A stretch of DNA of 57,933 nt from Omnitrophica WOR_2 bacterium RIFCSPHIGHO2_02_FULL_50_17 (GTDB lineage: Bacteria; Omnitrophota; Gorgyraeia; Zapsychrales; Zapsychraceae), in NCBI GenBank assembly GCA_001805645.1, contig MHGQ01000049.1:6283-64215 (forward strand), read 5' to 3'. The notes under the pieces are model-generated. The model was not told where the DNA came from. It saw only the letters and a list, made by a program, of their open reading frames with translations, and made no database searches. Positions 45,311 through 54,175 of this stretch are shown piece after piece. The translations under genes were made by a program, and so were the position numbers. The first letter of the stretch is position 1; each line of letters starts with the position of its first letter.

Positions 45311-46392
45311 GAAATGAGGGCAAGGATATCCCGCACGGCAGAAGGACGCGCCAGCTCACGCGTCCTTTTGAGGGTTGTGAGATAGAGATCCCGCGAGGAT
45401 TGTAACTTTTTGAGTTCCTCCACTATGCCGCTTATATCTGCGGGGCTTGCGCCGATACCGTGTTCTCTTAAAATGCGCACATTCTTGGCCTCCTGCCCGG
45501 GAATCGGGTTGAAAAAAATCAGCGGCAATTGGCTGACCAAGGCCTCGGCAATCGACAAGCCGCCGGGCTTGGTGAGCATCACATCGGAGACGGCCATCAG
45601 CTCATGCATGTTATCGACTAGCCCCATCACCTTGACCCAATCATCCTTCTTCCCGCTCAGCCGCCTAAAAAGGCTTTGATTATGGCCGCAGACGACGATA
45701 ATCTGAACCCCCTTAAGGGCATGGATGATCTCTTCAATAGGACCGATCCCGAAGGAGCCCGTGGCCATAAGGACCGTGAACATATCCTCTTGAAGACCTA
45801 TCCGTTTTTTAAGCTGTCCCCTGTCTTTCGGGAGAAAAAAATTTTCGTGCGTGGGAATCCCGGAGACCACAATCCTCGAGGCCTCAACGCCGAGGCCCTG
45901 CAGTTTCTGTTTTGTCCAGTCGCTGGCGACGGCATAGACATCGGCCCCTGCGCCCAGCCAAAACTGGTGCACGTCAAAGTCCGTGACAACGGTAATAAGA
46001 CGGGAACGGATACGGCCGGATCGCTTGAGGGCGCAGGCCACATCGCTGGGCAGGAAATGGGTGCTTAGAATATAATCAAAGGCCTCTTGTTCGAGGAATT
46101 CGCCGAGCCGCTTGGCGTTCACCACATTATAAAGCCGCCGGGCCGGTTGCATGAGCGGCCCCAGCCAGGGAATATCCAAAATCCGGAAAAAAAATCCCCA
46201 CAGCCACGGAATCCCGGAGATAAGAAAAAGATAGGTCTGGCGGTAAAATTTCTTAAAAAAAACGCTCGTATAGTCGAGGGCATCCACAAGGACAGCCTCA
46301 TGGAGGGAAGATTTACGAATACCGTCATAGAGGGCCTCGGCCGCCTTCTGATGACCGGCCCCTGCCGAGGCATGAATGACAAGGACTTTCAT
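45307..46392 (-). CDS. MGDG synthase/UgtP-like GT28 glycosyltransferase
   Basis: HASAGAGHQKAAEAL, STHFLP, VVTDF, KPGGLSIAEAL, PIPGQEAKN; start 46392 preferred over 46479. Confidence 0.9.
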   Translation of the reverse strand: MKVLVIHASAGAGHQKAAEALYDGIRKSSLHEAVLVDALDYTSVFFKKFYRQTYLFLISGIPWLWGFFFRILDIPWLGPLMQPARRLYNVVNAKRLGEFLEQEAFDYILSTHFLPSDVACALKRSGRIRSRLITVVTDFDVHQFWLGAGADVYAVASDWTKQKLQGLGVEASRIVVSGIPTHENFFLPKDRGQLKKRIGLQEDMFTVLMATGSFGIGPIEEIIHALKGVQIIVVCGHNQSLFRRLSGKKDDWVKVMGLVDNMHELMAVSDVMLTKPGGLSIAEALVSQLPLIFFNPIPGQEAKNVRILREHGIGASPADISGIVEELKKLQSSRDLYLTTLKRTRELARPSAVRDILALIS

Positions 46393-46400
46393 GATATGTT

Positions 46401-46961
46401 TCAGGTCAAATGATTCTGACCGATGATTTGCGCCGCCTCCAAAAGGTTTTGGGCAATGAAATCTGGTTTGACCGTCCACCCGCGCATGTGCCGGCGGTCC
46501 TCGCGGCCGGATAGGACAAAGATTGTCTTGCAGCCCGCGTTATGACCGGCCAGGATATCGACCTCAGTATCACCGATAAAAAACGCCCGCTGCGCCGAGC
46601 GAATGGATTTATTCATTAACTCCAGCGCCCGTCTGACCAACCCTATTCCCGGCTTGCGGCAGTCGCATCCATGGTCAGAGCGGTGGGTGCAGTAGAAAAC
46701 ACGCTTGATCCGTCCGCCGGTCTTTTTAACTGCCCCCAACATGTGACGGGTGATTTGATTCAATTTCTGTTTCGTATACACCCCTTTGCCGACACCGGCC
46801 TGATTCGAGATGACGAAAATAGTATAATCATTCTCCGTCAAAAGATGCAGGGCCTCCAACGCCCCGGGGATAAAATGAAACTCTTTCAGTTTCGTGACAT
46901 AATTGCCGTTGCCTGGAAACTCGTTGATTACACCGTCTCTGTCGAGAAAGACGACCTTCAT
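46401..46961 (-). CDS. gmhB: D-glycero-manno-heptose 1,7-bisphosphate phosphatase
   Basis: FLDRDGVIN, SNQAG, CTH...CDCRKP, IGD..DI.AG. Confidence 0.93.
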   Translation of the reverse strand: MKVVFLDRDGVINEFPGNGNYVTKLKEFHFIPGALEALHLLTENDYTIFVISNQAGVGKGVYTKQKLNQITRHMLGAVKKTGGRIKRVFYCTHRSDHGCDCRKPGIGLVRRALELMNKSIRSAQRAFFIGDTEVDILAGHNAGCKTIFVLSGREDRRHMRGWTVKPDFIAQNLLEAAQIIGQNHLT

Positions 46962-46964
46962 GGA

Positions 46965-47780
46965 TTACCCTTTGCGTTGCTTCATCTCCCAATATTTGGC
47001 ATAACTCATAATCTGGTACAAAGAGGCGAAAAAAGCGATCATAAAACCGATAAAGCCGTCTTTGTATCCCTTCTTCCCGATCCACACGCGCGGAAACCTG
47101 TCCAGTGTCCGCCAGACGGCTTTCCCTAAAGACATACGCCGTCCTGTCTGAATCCATTTTCTGGCCTCCAGTGTCGTCTGGCGGTTCAAGCTGGCTAAAA
47201 AATGCTCAAAATCCGGATAGCCTTTATGGACAATATCTTTAGTGAGATGCCCTGTCTCTCCATCCAAAAAAACGCGCGGATGCACCTCCACCTCTTCATA
47301 TTTAAAACGGCTTTTCATAAAAAGCCTCAGTTTTCCTGCCGGATACCATCCCGAATGCTTGACCCAATAATCCCCGATATAATTCCGCAAAGGGATGGAA
47401 AAGGCATGATAAGGAGTGCTTTTGAGGCCTTCCCTGATTTCCTCTCTCAGTTCCCCGCTGACATATTCATCGGCATCCAGGCTTAAGACCCATTCGTTCC
47501 TGGCCTGGGCATAGGCCCAGTTGCGGTGGATGCCTTCATTCTCCATTTTGCGGCGGAAAATCCTGTCCGTATACTGACGGGCCAACTCCATGGTGCTGTC
47601 CGTGCTTTCATCATCCACCACAACAATCTCATCGGCCCAGCCGTGCACGCTTCTAAGGCAATCCTCGATATTGGCCTCTTCATTCTTGGTAATCACGACA
47701 ACCGACAGCGGCACCCTGACCGCCGCAAGGCTTTTATTATCCACCATCTCTTGAGTATTCAGCGCCGTTTCTGTATTCAT
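46965..47780 (-). CDS. GT2 glycosyltransferase (WaaE/KdtX-like)
   Basis: SVVVITKNEE, VVDDESTD, WVLSLDADE. Confidence 0.9.
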   Translation of the reverse strand: MNTETALNTQEMVDNKSLAAVRVPLSVVVITKNEEANIEDCLRSVHGWADEIVVVDDESTDSTMELARQYTDRIFRRKMENEGIHRNWAYAQARNEWVLSLDADEYVSGELREEIREGLKSTPYHAFSIPLRNYIGDYWVKHSGWYPAGKLRLFMKSRFKYEEVEVHPRVFLDGETGHLTKDIVHKGYPDFEHFLASLNRQTTLEARKWIQTGRRMSLGKAVWRTLDRFPRVWIGKKGYKDGFIGFMIAFFASLYQIMSYAKYWEMKQRKG

Positions 47781-47782
47781 GC

Positions 47783-48904
47783 TTATCCTTTACACGAAGG
47801 ACTTAAGACTATTTCCTTAAGCGTCTCACACACGTAATCAATCTGATCCTTGGTCATATGAGGAAACATGGGAAGCGACAGGATCTCATCCGCCACATGC
47901 TCGGCGACGGGAAAATCCCCTTTCTTGTATCCCAGCTCCGCATACGCCTCCTGAAGATGCAGCGGAATCGGATAATGAATCAATACCCCGATGCCCCTCT
48001 TTTTCATCTCTTCGCAAACCTTATTGCGATGGGGCACACGCACGGCAAACGTCTGAAAGACGTGGGTGCGATCCCCTTGGATGACGGGCGTTCTCACCCC
48101 ATCCACATCCTTTAATGATTCGCAGTAATAGGCGGCATGAGCCTGGCGCATCCGGTTCCATTCATCCAAATGCGGCAGTTTGGCCAATAGAACGACGGCC
48201 TGCACCGTGTCCAGCCGCGAATTGTATCCCTTGATTGCATGGTCGTAGCGGTCTTTGCGGCCGTAATCCCGCAGCATATTGGCCTTTTCATAAATCTTCT
48301 GATCGTTGGTTACAATCATGCCGCCGTCGCCAAATGCCCCCAGCCCTTTAGTCGGATAAAAACTAAAACAAGCGACATCGCCCAGTGAACCGATCTTCTT
48401 CCCCTGATAGACAGCGCCGTGGGCCTGGGCCGCATCCTCGACAACCGTAATCTTACGCTGGCGCGCCAAATCCATAATTTCCTTCATATTCGCCGCCTGA
48501 CCATAAATATGCACAGGGATAATCGCCTTGGTCTTTGGGGTGATCAAAGATTTAAGTTTGCGCACATTTATATTGTACGTCTCCTCTTCTATATCCACGA
48601 AGACAGGGGTCGCGCCCGTATAGGAAACACACAGAGCTGTTGCGATAAATGTAAAGCAGGGGAGAATCACCTCATCCCCTACGCCGATATTCAGAGCCGC
48701 CAGCGCCAGATACAAGGCATCTGTCCCGGAATTGACCCCAACGGCATATTGAGCGTCGCAATACTGGGCAAATTGAGCCTCGAACTCCTTTTCCTCCTGC
48801 CCCAAGATGAAATCCCCGCGCTCAAAGACCTTTTTAAGGCCGACGTCAATTTGGTCTTTGATGGTGTAATACTGCTCACGAAAATCAAGAAACGGAACAT
48901 TCAT
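47783..48904 (-). CDS. DegT/DnrJ/EryC1 sugar aminotransferase
   Basis: VNSGTDAL, VEDAAQAHG, SFYPTKGLGAFGDGG with catalytic Lys, NSRLD. Confidence 0.95.
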   Translation of the reverse strand: MNVPFLDFREQYYTIKDQIDVGLKKVFERGDFILGQEEKEFEAQFAQYCDAQYAVGVNSGTDALYLALAALNIGVGDEVILPCFTFIATALCVSYTGATPVFVDIEEETYNINVRKLKSLITPKTKAIIPVHIYGQAANMKEIMDLARQRKITVVEDAAQAHGAVYQGKKIGSLGDVACFSFYPTKGLGAFGDGGMIVTNDQKIYEKANMLRDYGRKDRYDHAIKGYNSRLDTVQAVVLLAKLPHLDEWNRMRQAHAAYYCESLKDVDGVRTPVIQGDRTHVFQTFAVRVPHRNKVCEEMKKRGIGVLIHYPIPLHLQEAYAELGYKKGDFPVAEHVADEILSLPMFPHMTKDQIDYVCETLKEIVLSPSCKG

Positions 48905-50019
48905 GAAATCTTTTCCACCCTTTCTAAGACATCTTCAACCGTTATCTGCCGTAAACAGCTTATGTGTTCACAACTCGCCTTTCGAAACTGCCGGTAACAC
49001 GGCCGGCAGACTATGTCTTTCTTTATAACTATATGATTTCCTAACGGATACGGGCCGTATACCCTCTCATCCACAGGGCCAAAAATGGAAACCGTCTTTG
49101 CCCCCACCGCCACGGCCACATGCAGAGGCCCGCCGTCATTGGTGACAACCAGGGAACACCTTTGCATTAAAGCGGCGAATTGGCCCAGGGAAGTCTTCCC
49201 GCAAGTCTCAATCGGGCGGTTCTGCATCAATTGTGCTGTTTTCTCGCAAAGATCAAGCTCAACCAAGCCACCCATCAGTATAATAGTGGCTGATTTTTTT
49301 TCAACCAATTTATCAGCTAATTTTGCAAAGCATTCCGCCGGCCAGCGTTTATAGCCGGCATCCTTTCCCCAGCTCTCCCCCCCGCCTGGGATAAGGCCAA
49401 TCACCGGCCAGCCTGCCCCGCCAGCCTGCCCCGCCAACGGCGGGGCAGGCTGGCGGACGGAGATACGGTTTTCTTCCAAAAATTCGGCGGCCCACTGGAT
49501 ATCTTCCGGAATTAAAGGAAACTCCATGTCCCTGCTCTGGGCCGGCACGCCGAAGGCGGCCAGAAGATCCAGGTAATACTCCGCCACATGCCTGTCTTCG
49601 TAGCCTGCCAGAGGAATTCTTTGAGTCAGAAAAATACCGCGGCCTTTATAGTCGTATCCTATCCGGCGGGGAATCCCGGCCGCGAAAGCAAGAAAACTCA
49701 TAAAACTGTTCAAGGAAACATCCAAAACCATATCAAACCGCTCGCCCCTGATGTCCTGAATCAACCGCCGGACAGCTTTGAGGTATTGCCAGGCCGATTT
49801 CTGGCGCAGGGTCTCTAACTCATCGCGTTCATAAATAAAAATCCGGCTGATTTTAGAATTGTGCTCCAAAAGAGGAATCGTCCGGCGGTTGCACAAATAC
49901 CCAATAAAGATATCCGGATACGCCGCCTTCAAATTATTGATCAAAGGTGTTGTAAAAAGGACATCTCCGATGCCGAAAATGTTGATGAGGAGAATCCTTT
50001 GAGGAGGATTAAGGCGCAT
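48901..50019 (-). CDS. GT9 heptosyltransferase (WaaF-like)
   Basis: GIGDVLFTTP, KRWP, VTNDGGPLHVAVA, SIFGP. Confidence 0.92.
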   Translation of the reverse strand: MRLNPPQRILLINIFGIGDVLFTTPLINNLKAAYPDIFIGYLCNRRTIPLLEHNSKISRIFIYERDELETLRQKSAWQYLKAVRRLIQDIRGERFDMVLDVSLNSFMSFLAFAAGIPRRIGYDYKGRGIFLTQRIPLAGYEDRHVAEYYLDLLAAFGVPAQSRDMEFPLIPEDIQWAAEFLEENRISVRQPAPPLAGQAGGAGWPVIGLIPGGGESWGKDAGYKRWPAECFAKLADKLVEKKSATIILMGGLVELDLCEKTAQLMQNRPIETCGKTSLGQFAALMQRCSLVVTNDGGPLHVAVAVGAKTVSIFGPVDERVYGPYPLGNHIVIKKDIVCRPCYRQFRKASCEHISCLRQITVEDVLERVEKIS

Positions 50020-50041
50020 ACCTATTGAATCTCCAGTTTAT

Positions 50042-51046
50042 CTAAATAATCGTCATCCGCGCCCCGAGTTTTTTCTTCAAGGCGGCCTTGTAAATGAGGC
50101 TGGCAACGGCGGTGTCCTGAATAGCGAGCCCCGTCGAATCGAAAACGGTCACCTCACGCTCGCTCGTCCTTCCTTTCTTCCTGCCAGCCACAATCTCGCC
50201 TAAGCTCGCGTGAATATCCTTGAGCTTAAAAATCCCTTTTTGGACAGGCACGTTGATTTCGCCGCTATGAGCGGCCTGGGCGAAATCATCCACCACCACC
50301 TTGGCCCTTTTTAAAATCTTGGGATCCAATTCTTCCTTGCCCGGCGCATCCGCCCCGATAGCGTTGATATGGGTGCCTTCTTTGATCCATCCTGATTGGA
50401 CAAGGGGAACGCGCGAGGGCGTTGTCGTCACCACGATATCCGCGCCTTCAACACATTCCCGGATGGTCGCGGCGGCAATCATCGCTTCCTTCTTTTTCTT
50501 CATCGCGCGGATAAATTTTTGAATCAAAGCCTTCTGGGGGCCCCACACGCGCACTTCCTTAATCTTAAAAATTTCGTGAAGCCCCGTAAGCTGTGCGCGC
50601 GCCTGAACACCGCAGCCGACCAATGCCACGATTTCAGAATTTCTTCGCGCCAAAAATTTGGCGGCCACCGCCCCGCCCGCGCCGGTTCGAAGGCTTGTGG
50701 CCAGCGTCCCGTCCATAATGGCCAGGGGAAAACCGGTTTGGGGATCGCTGACAATCATAACCGCCATGACCGCCGGAAGTCCGAAGACCGCGTTTTTCGG
50801 GTGCGCGTTGACCCACTTGAGGGTACAGAGGTTGAATTTGCGCACGTAGGAGGGCATCGCACGAAAGTCACCCGAAAACTCTTTGAGGTCTAGATAAATC
50901 TTCGGCGGCATCTGCGCCCGGCCCAAACCGTATTCCCGAAACGCCTCTTCCACCGCCCCAATGGCGCTTTTGACGTTAACAACCTTCGCGACGTCTCTTT
51001 GACTAAGGATTAAAGTTTCGTGTTTGGGCATGAGCAATGGATGCAT
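50042..51046 (-). CDS. Ornithine cyclodeaminase/mu-crystallin family, archaeal-type alanine dehydrogenase-like
   Basis: MPPKIYL, DFRAMP, LKWVNAHP, TSLRTGAGG, GCGVQA, GADAPGKEE, FDSTGLAIQD. Confidence 0.88.
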   Translation of the reverse strand: MHPLLMPKHETLILSQRDVAKVVNVKSAIGAVEEAFREYGLGRAQMPPKIYLDLKEFSGDFRAMPSYVRKFNLCTLKWVNAHPKNAVFGLPAVMAVMIVSDPQTGFPLAIMDGTLATSLRTGAGGAVAAKFLARRNSEIVALVGCGVQARAQLTGLHEIFKIKEVRVWGPQKALIQKFIRAMKKKKEAMIAAATIRECVEGADIVVTTTPSRVPLVQSGWIKEGTHINAIGADAPGKEELDPKILKRAKVVVDDFAQAAHSGEINVPVQKGIFKLKDIHASLGEIVAGRKKGRTSEREVTVFDSTGLAIQDTAVASLIYKAALKKKLGARMTII

Positions 51047-51054
51047 TCCTATTA

Positions 51055-52104
51055 TTATTGTTCCGAACGATTCTTTTGTTTTAAAAAAGCGGCCAAATTT
51101 TTGACGTCTTGTGACAAATGTTTAGGACAAATCAAAAGGGCGTCAGAGGTATCAATAACGACCAGATCGTTTAAACCAATGGCGGCGACAAGACGTTGAT
51201 GGGCCCAAATCAGCGTGTCCCGGCAATCTAGGGAGACGACGTTGCCCCGCATTGTGTTACCTGCTTTGTCTTTAGGTAGAATTTCAAAAAGCGCCTCCCA
51301 GCTTCCCAAATCCGACCAGCCGATGCCGGCGGCTGAAACCGCCACAACATTAGAAGCCTTCTCTAATATACCGTAATCAACCGAGATGTTTGGCAGGCGA
51401 TTCCAAATCTTCTGGATAGGATCCTGACGATCCGCCCCCCCGACGTCGGCATAAATGGAAGGCAGATATTTCTTGAAGGCACGCAGGATAACTTCTGCCT
51501 TCCATACGAACATGCCGCTGTTCCACAGGTAACCCCCATTTTTCAAAAATTGTTTGGCCTTGACAAAATTCGGCTTCTCGATAAATTTTTCGACGTGTAA
51601 AACATTCTTGTCCTGTTTGGTTTTCAAATAGCCGTAGCCGGTTTCGGCGCGCGCGGGAACGATTCCGAAAGTAACGAGATACTCCTGCTGGGCCAGGTCA
51701 ACCGCTTTTTCCAGAAGCCGCAAAAATTTCGTGCGGTTGGCAATGAGGTGATCCGACGGCAAGACAACCATGACCGCGTGGGGATTCACGGCGTGGATGC
51801 GCGCCGCGGCCCAACCAATCGCCGGCGCTGTATTCTTCGCGCTGGGTTCCCACAATACCTGGGAGGCCCGCACCCCGAACCCGGCTGTATGACGTTTGAT
51901 TTCTTTCCGGTAGCGGCGGTTGGCGACAATCCAGATGTTTCCCGCAGGCACTTTCGGCGCGATGCGGCGGATCGTCTGGCACAGCAGGCTTTCTTTGCCG
52001 ACGAGATTCAGAAACTGCTTGGGCCGGCTCTGGCGGCTGGCCGGCCAGAACCGCGTGCCGGAACCACCGGCCAGGATGACGGCGTGTAAATTATTTATAC
52101 CCAT
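51055..52104 (-). CDS. manC: Mannose-1-phosphate guanylyltransferase
   Basis: LAGGSGTRFWP.SR..PKQF, EP..KNTAPAI, LPSDH, ETGYGY, FIEKP, WNSGMF, WSDLGSW. Confidence 0.95.
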   Translation of the reverse strand: MGINNLHAVILAGGSGTRFWPASRQSRPKQFLNLVGKESLLCQTIRRIAPKVPAGNIWIVANRRYRKEIKRHTAGFGVRASQVLWEPSAKNTAPAIGWAAARIHAVNPHAVMVVLPSDHLIANRTKFLRLLEKAVDLAQQEYLVTFGIVPARAETGYGYLKTKQDKNVLHVEKFIEKPNFVKAKQFLKNGGYLWNSGMFVWKAEVILRAFKKYLPSIYADVGGADRQDPIQKIWNRLPNISVDYGILEKASNVVAVSAAGIGWSDLGSWEALFEILPKDKAGNTMRGNVVSLDCRDTLIWAHQRLVAAIGLNDLVVIDTSDALLICPKHLSQDVKNLAAFLKQKNRSEQ

Positions 52105-52224
52105 TGTTTCCCAAAAAGGTTAAAAAAAGTTATGGGATGTTGGAAAAGGTTTCAAAAAGATTTGGGGGTCAAACCTGTTTCAACTTATTTCAACCTCTTC
52201 CAACATTTTTCAACCTTAAACAAT
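52103..52224. repeat. Intergenic hairpin of 10-nt periodic repeats (AAGGTTGAAA-like)
   Basis: Arms 52116-52164 and 52170-52217 with a 5-nt loop; outer 7-bp IR ATTGTTT/AAACAAT. Confidence 0.85.
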
Positions 52225-53058
52225 TTTCTCTTTCACTCTTCTTCCCGTCTTATACCTGACTCTAAACCATCTGGCCGGAAACCACCAATATTTCTGCTTG
52301 ATATTTTGCCAGTCCTGTTGGCTCAATGGATGCGCTTGGATCTTCGGCTCCATAACCTTCGGATGGGTACCGAAATAGACAGGGAACCGGTTGAGGTCGC
52401 CGTAGAAATATTCTTCCCGCCCCGCATCCCCATTTAAAGCCACAAAACCGATCGCCTCGGCATTAGCCCGCCGCTGGGCCATCACATCCTGCGGCTGCAC
52501 CCACCCGTAATGATAGACAAAACACCCTGTGTTTTTCCGGCGCAAAGGCTGCCCATCCTTACGTCTAAAGCCAAAGGCATCGCCGAAGGATTCGATTTGA
52601 CCGTTATTGCGGATGATACGGTCCTGCTTCTGATACCAGCCGCTGTCAATCCTGTAACGAAAATAACTGCCATAAAAATGCAGCCATTGAAACCGCAGGG
52701 CATCCACTTGAGAGTCGTCTTTGTAACGCCGCATCGTATTTCTTAACTTATCCCTATCATCCTCGTGAATCACCTCATCGGACTGAAGATAAAAAGCCCA
52801 GTCGCCGGTGCACGCTGCCAGCGCCAGGTTCGTCTGATGCGAAAGCATTTCGGATTTTTGGGACATATCCCAGGTATTCTGGATAATCCGTATTTTATCG
52901 CTCTTTATGCCGGCAATCAAATCGGCCGTGCCGTCCTCGCAGTCCCCGATGTTGACGACAAATTCATCGCAGACCGGCAAAACCGACCGGATGGATTCCG
53001 AAACCGGATAATTATATTTAACCGCGTTGCGGATGATGGTAAAACCGCTGATTTTCAT
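52216..53058 (-). CDS. GT2-like glycosyltransferase
   Basis: MKISGFTIIRN start (ORF track 53082), DGT, WAFYLQSDE, YHYGWV. Confidence 0.88.
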   Translation of the reverse strand: MKISGFTIIRNAVKYNYPVSESIRSVLPVCDEFVVNIGDCEDGTADLIAGIKSDKIRIIQNTWDMSQKSEMLSHQTNLALAACTGDWAFYLQSDEVIHEDDRDKLRNTMRRYKDDSQVDALRFQWLHFYGSYFRYRIDSGWYQKQDRIIRNNGQIESFGDAFGFRRKDGQPLRRKNTGCFVYHYGWVQPQDVMAQRRANAEAIGFVALNGDAGREEYFYGDLNRFPVYFGTHPKVMEPKIQAHPLSQQDWQNIKQKYWWFPARWFRVRYKTGRRVKEKIV

Positions 53059-54172
53059 AAGTAACTTTACAAACCTCCTCATAAATTTTCAGTGTCTCCC
53101 GGGCTGTCTTAAGATTGTCGAATTCTTCGGCGCGTTTCAGCGCCTTCTGCCGCAGCCGATGTTTGAGGCCGTCGTCCTGAATAATTCTGCCAATCGCCTC
53201 GGCAATTTCCTGGCTGTTCGACGGATCAACCAGCAGCGCCGCCTCCGCCGCGAGCTCGCGGCACGAGGAAGCATTGGAGGTCACAACCGCGGCGCCGCAA
53301 CTAAAGGCCTCGACGATAGGATAGCCGAACCCCTCATAAAAGGAAGGAAAGACAAAAACCTCGGCTAAGTTATAAAAAGCGCGCAAATCATCATTGGTCA
53401 CGAACCCTAAGAAGACAACCTCTTCTTTTATCTTAAGCCTCTCAATCAAATCCGCCATATCTCCTGTTTTCCATCCGTCCATACCAATCACGACCAATTT
53501 CCCACGAAAAATCCTTTTCCCCCTTAATTGCGCAAAGGCCTCCAGAAGCCCTTTTAGATTCTTGCGCGGCTCAATAGTCCCGACAAAAAGAATAAAAGGA
53601 TTCTCAATTCCCTTAAACCGGACAGCTTCCTGAGCGAGCCTCATTTGCCGCTCATCAACAGGATAAAAGATATTCTTATCTGTCCCCTGATGGATATAGC
53701 AGGTTTTCTCACGGTCAATCGTAAAATATTTATGCAGGTCTTCCTGCGTATTTTGGGAGCTGCAGATAATCTTGGATGCCCGGCGAATAAAAGACTGAAA
53801 CTGCCTCTCTGTCAAATCAACAGTTTCAGGAGTGTGGCTCTGGGGGTAAGCCTTATATATTAAATCATGAACGGTTACAATGACCTTCGCGCGGCTTACC
53901 TCAATGACCTCAGGGCTGGGCGCATGATAAATGTCAACAGCCGGCAACATTTTATCCACGCCTTTTCTGAAGAAATCGAACCGAAGAAAGAAATTTCCTG
54001 CCTCACTCAAAGGGATTCTTCTTTTAACCTCCTCGTACCCCCTTGTCGTATAAAGGGAATACCGGTTGGCGCGGTCAATCTTCGCAAGAGAGGCAACGAG
54101 GCTGGATGCATATCGCCCGATTCCTGTGAATTGCTTCTTAGAAAACGAACGGCAGTTGATAGCGATATGCAT
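53018..54172 (-). CDS. GT4 (group 1) glycosyltransferase
   Basis: TGIGRY, TVHDL, VGTIEPRKN, FPSFYEGFGYPIVEA. Confidence 0.93.
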   Translation of the reverse strand: MHIAINCRSFSKKQFTGIGRYASSLVASLAKIDRANRYSLYTTRGYEEVKRRIPLSEAGNFFLRFDFFRKGVDKMLPAVDIYHAPSPEVIEVSRAKVIVTVHDLIYKAYPQSHTPETVDLTERQFQSFIRRASKIICSSQNTQEDLHKYFTIDREKTCYIHQGTDKNIFYPVDERQMRLAQEAVRFKGIENPFILFVGTIEPRKNLKGLLEAFAQLRGKRIFRGKLVVIGMDGWKTGDMADLIERLKIKEEVVFLGFVTNDDLRAFYNLAEVFVFPSFYEGFGYPIVEAFSCGAAVVTSNASSCRELAAEAALLVDPSNSQEIAEAIGRIIQDDGLKHRLRQKALKRAEEFDNLKTARETLKIYEEVCKVTYENQRFYHHPQRG

Positions 54173-54175
54173 GGT

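Noticed and set aside
52132-52437. Plus-strand ORF over the 10-nt hairpin as a passenger gene
   Set aside because: It mostly overlaps the GT2 gene antisense, and the hairpin loop is only 5 nt.
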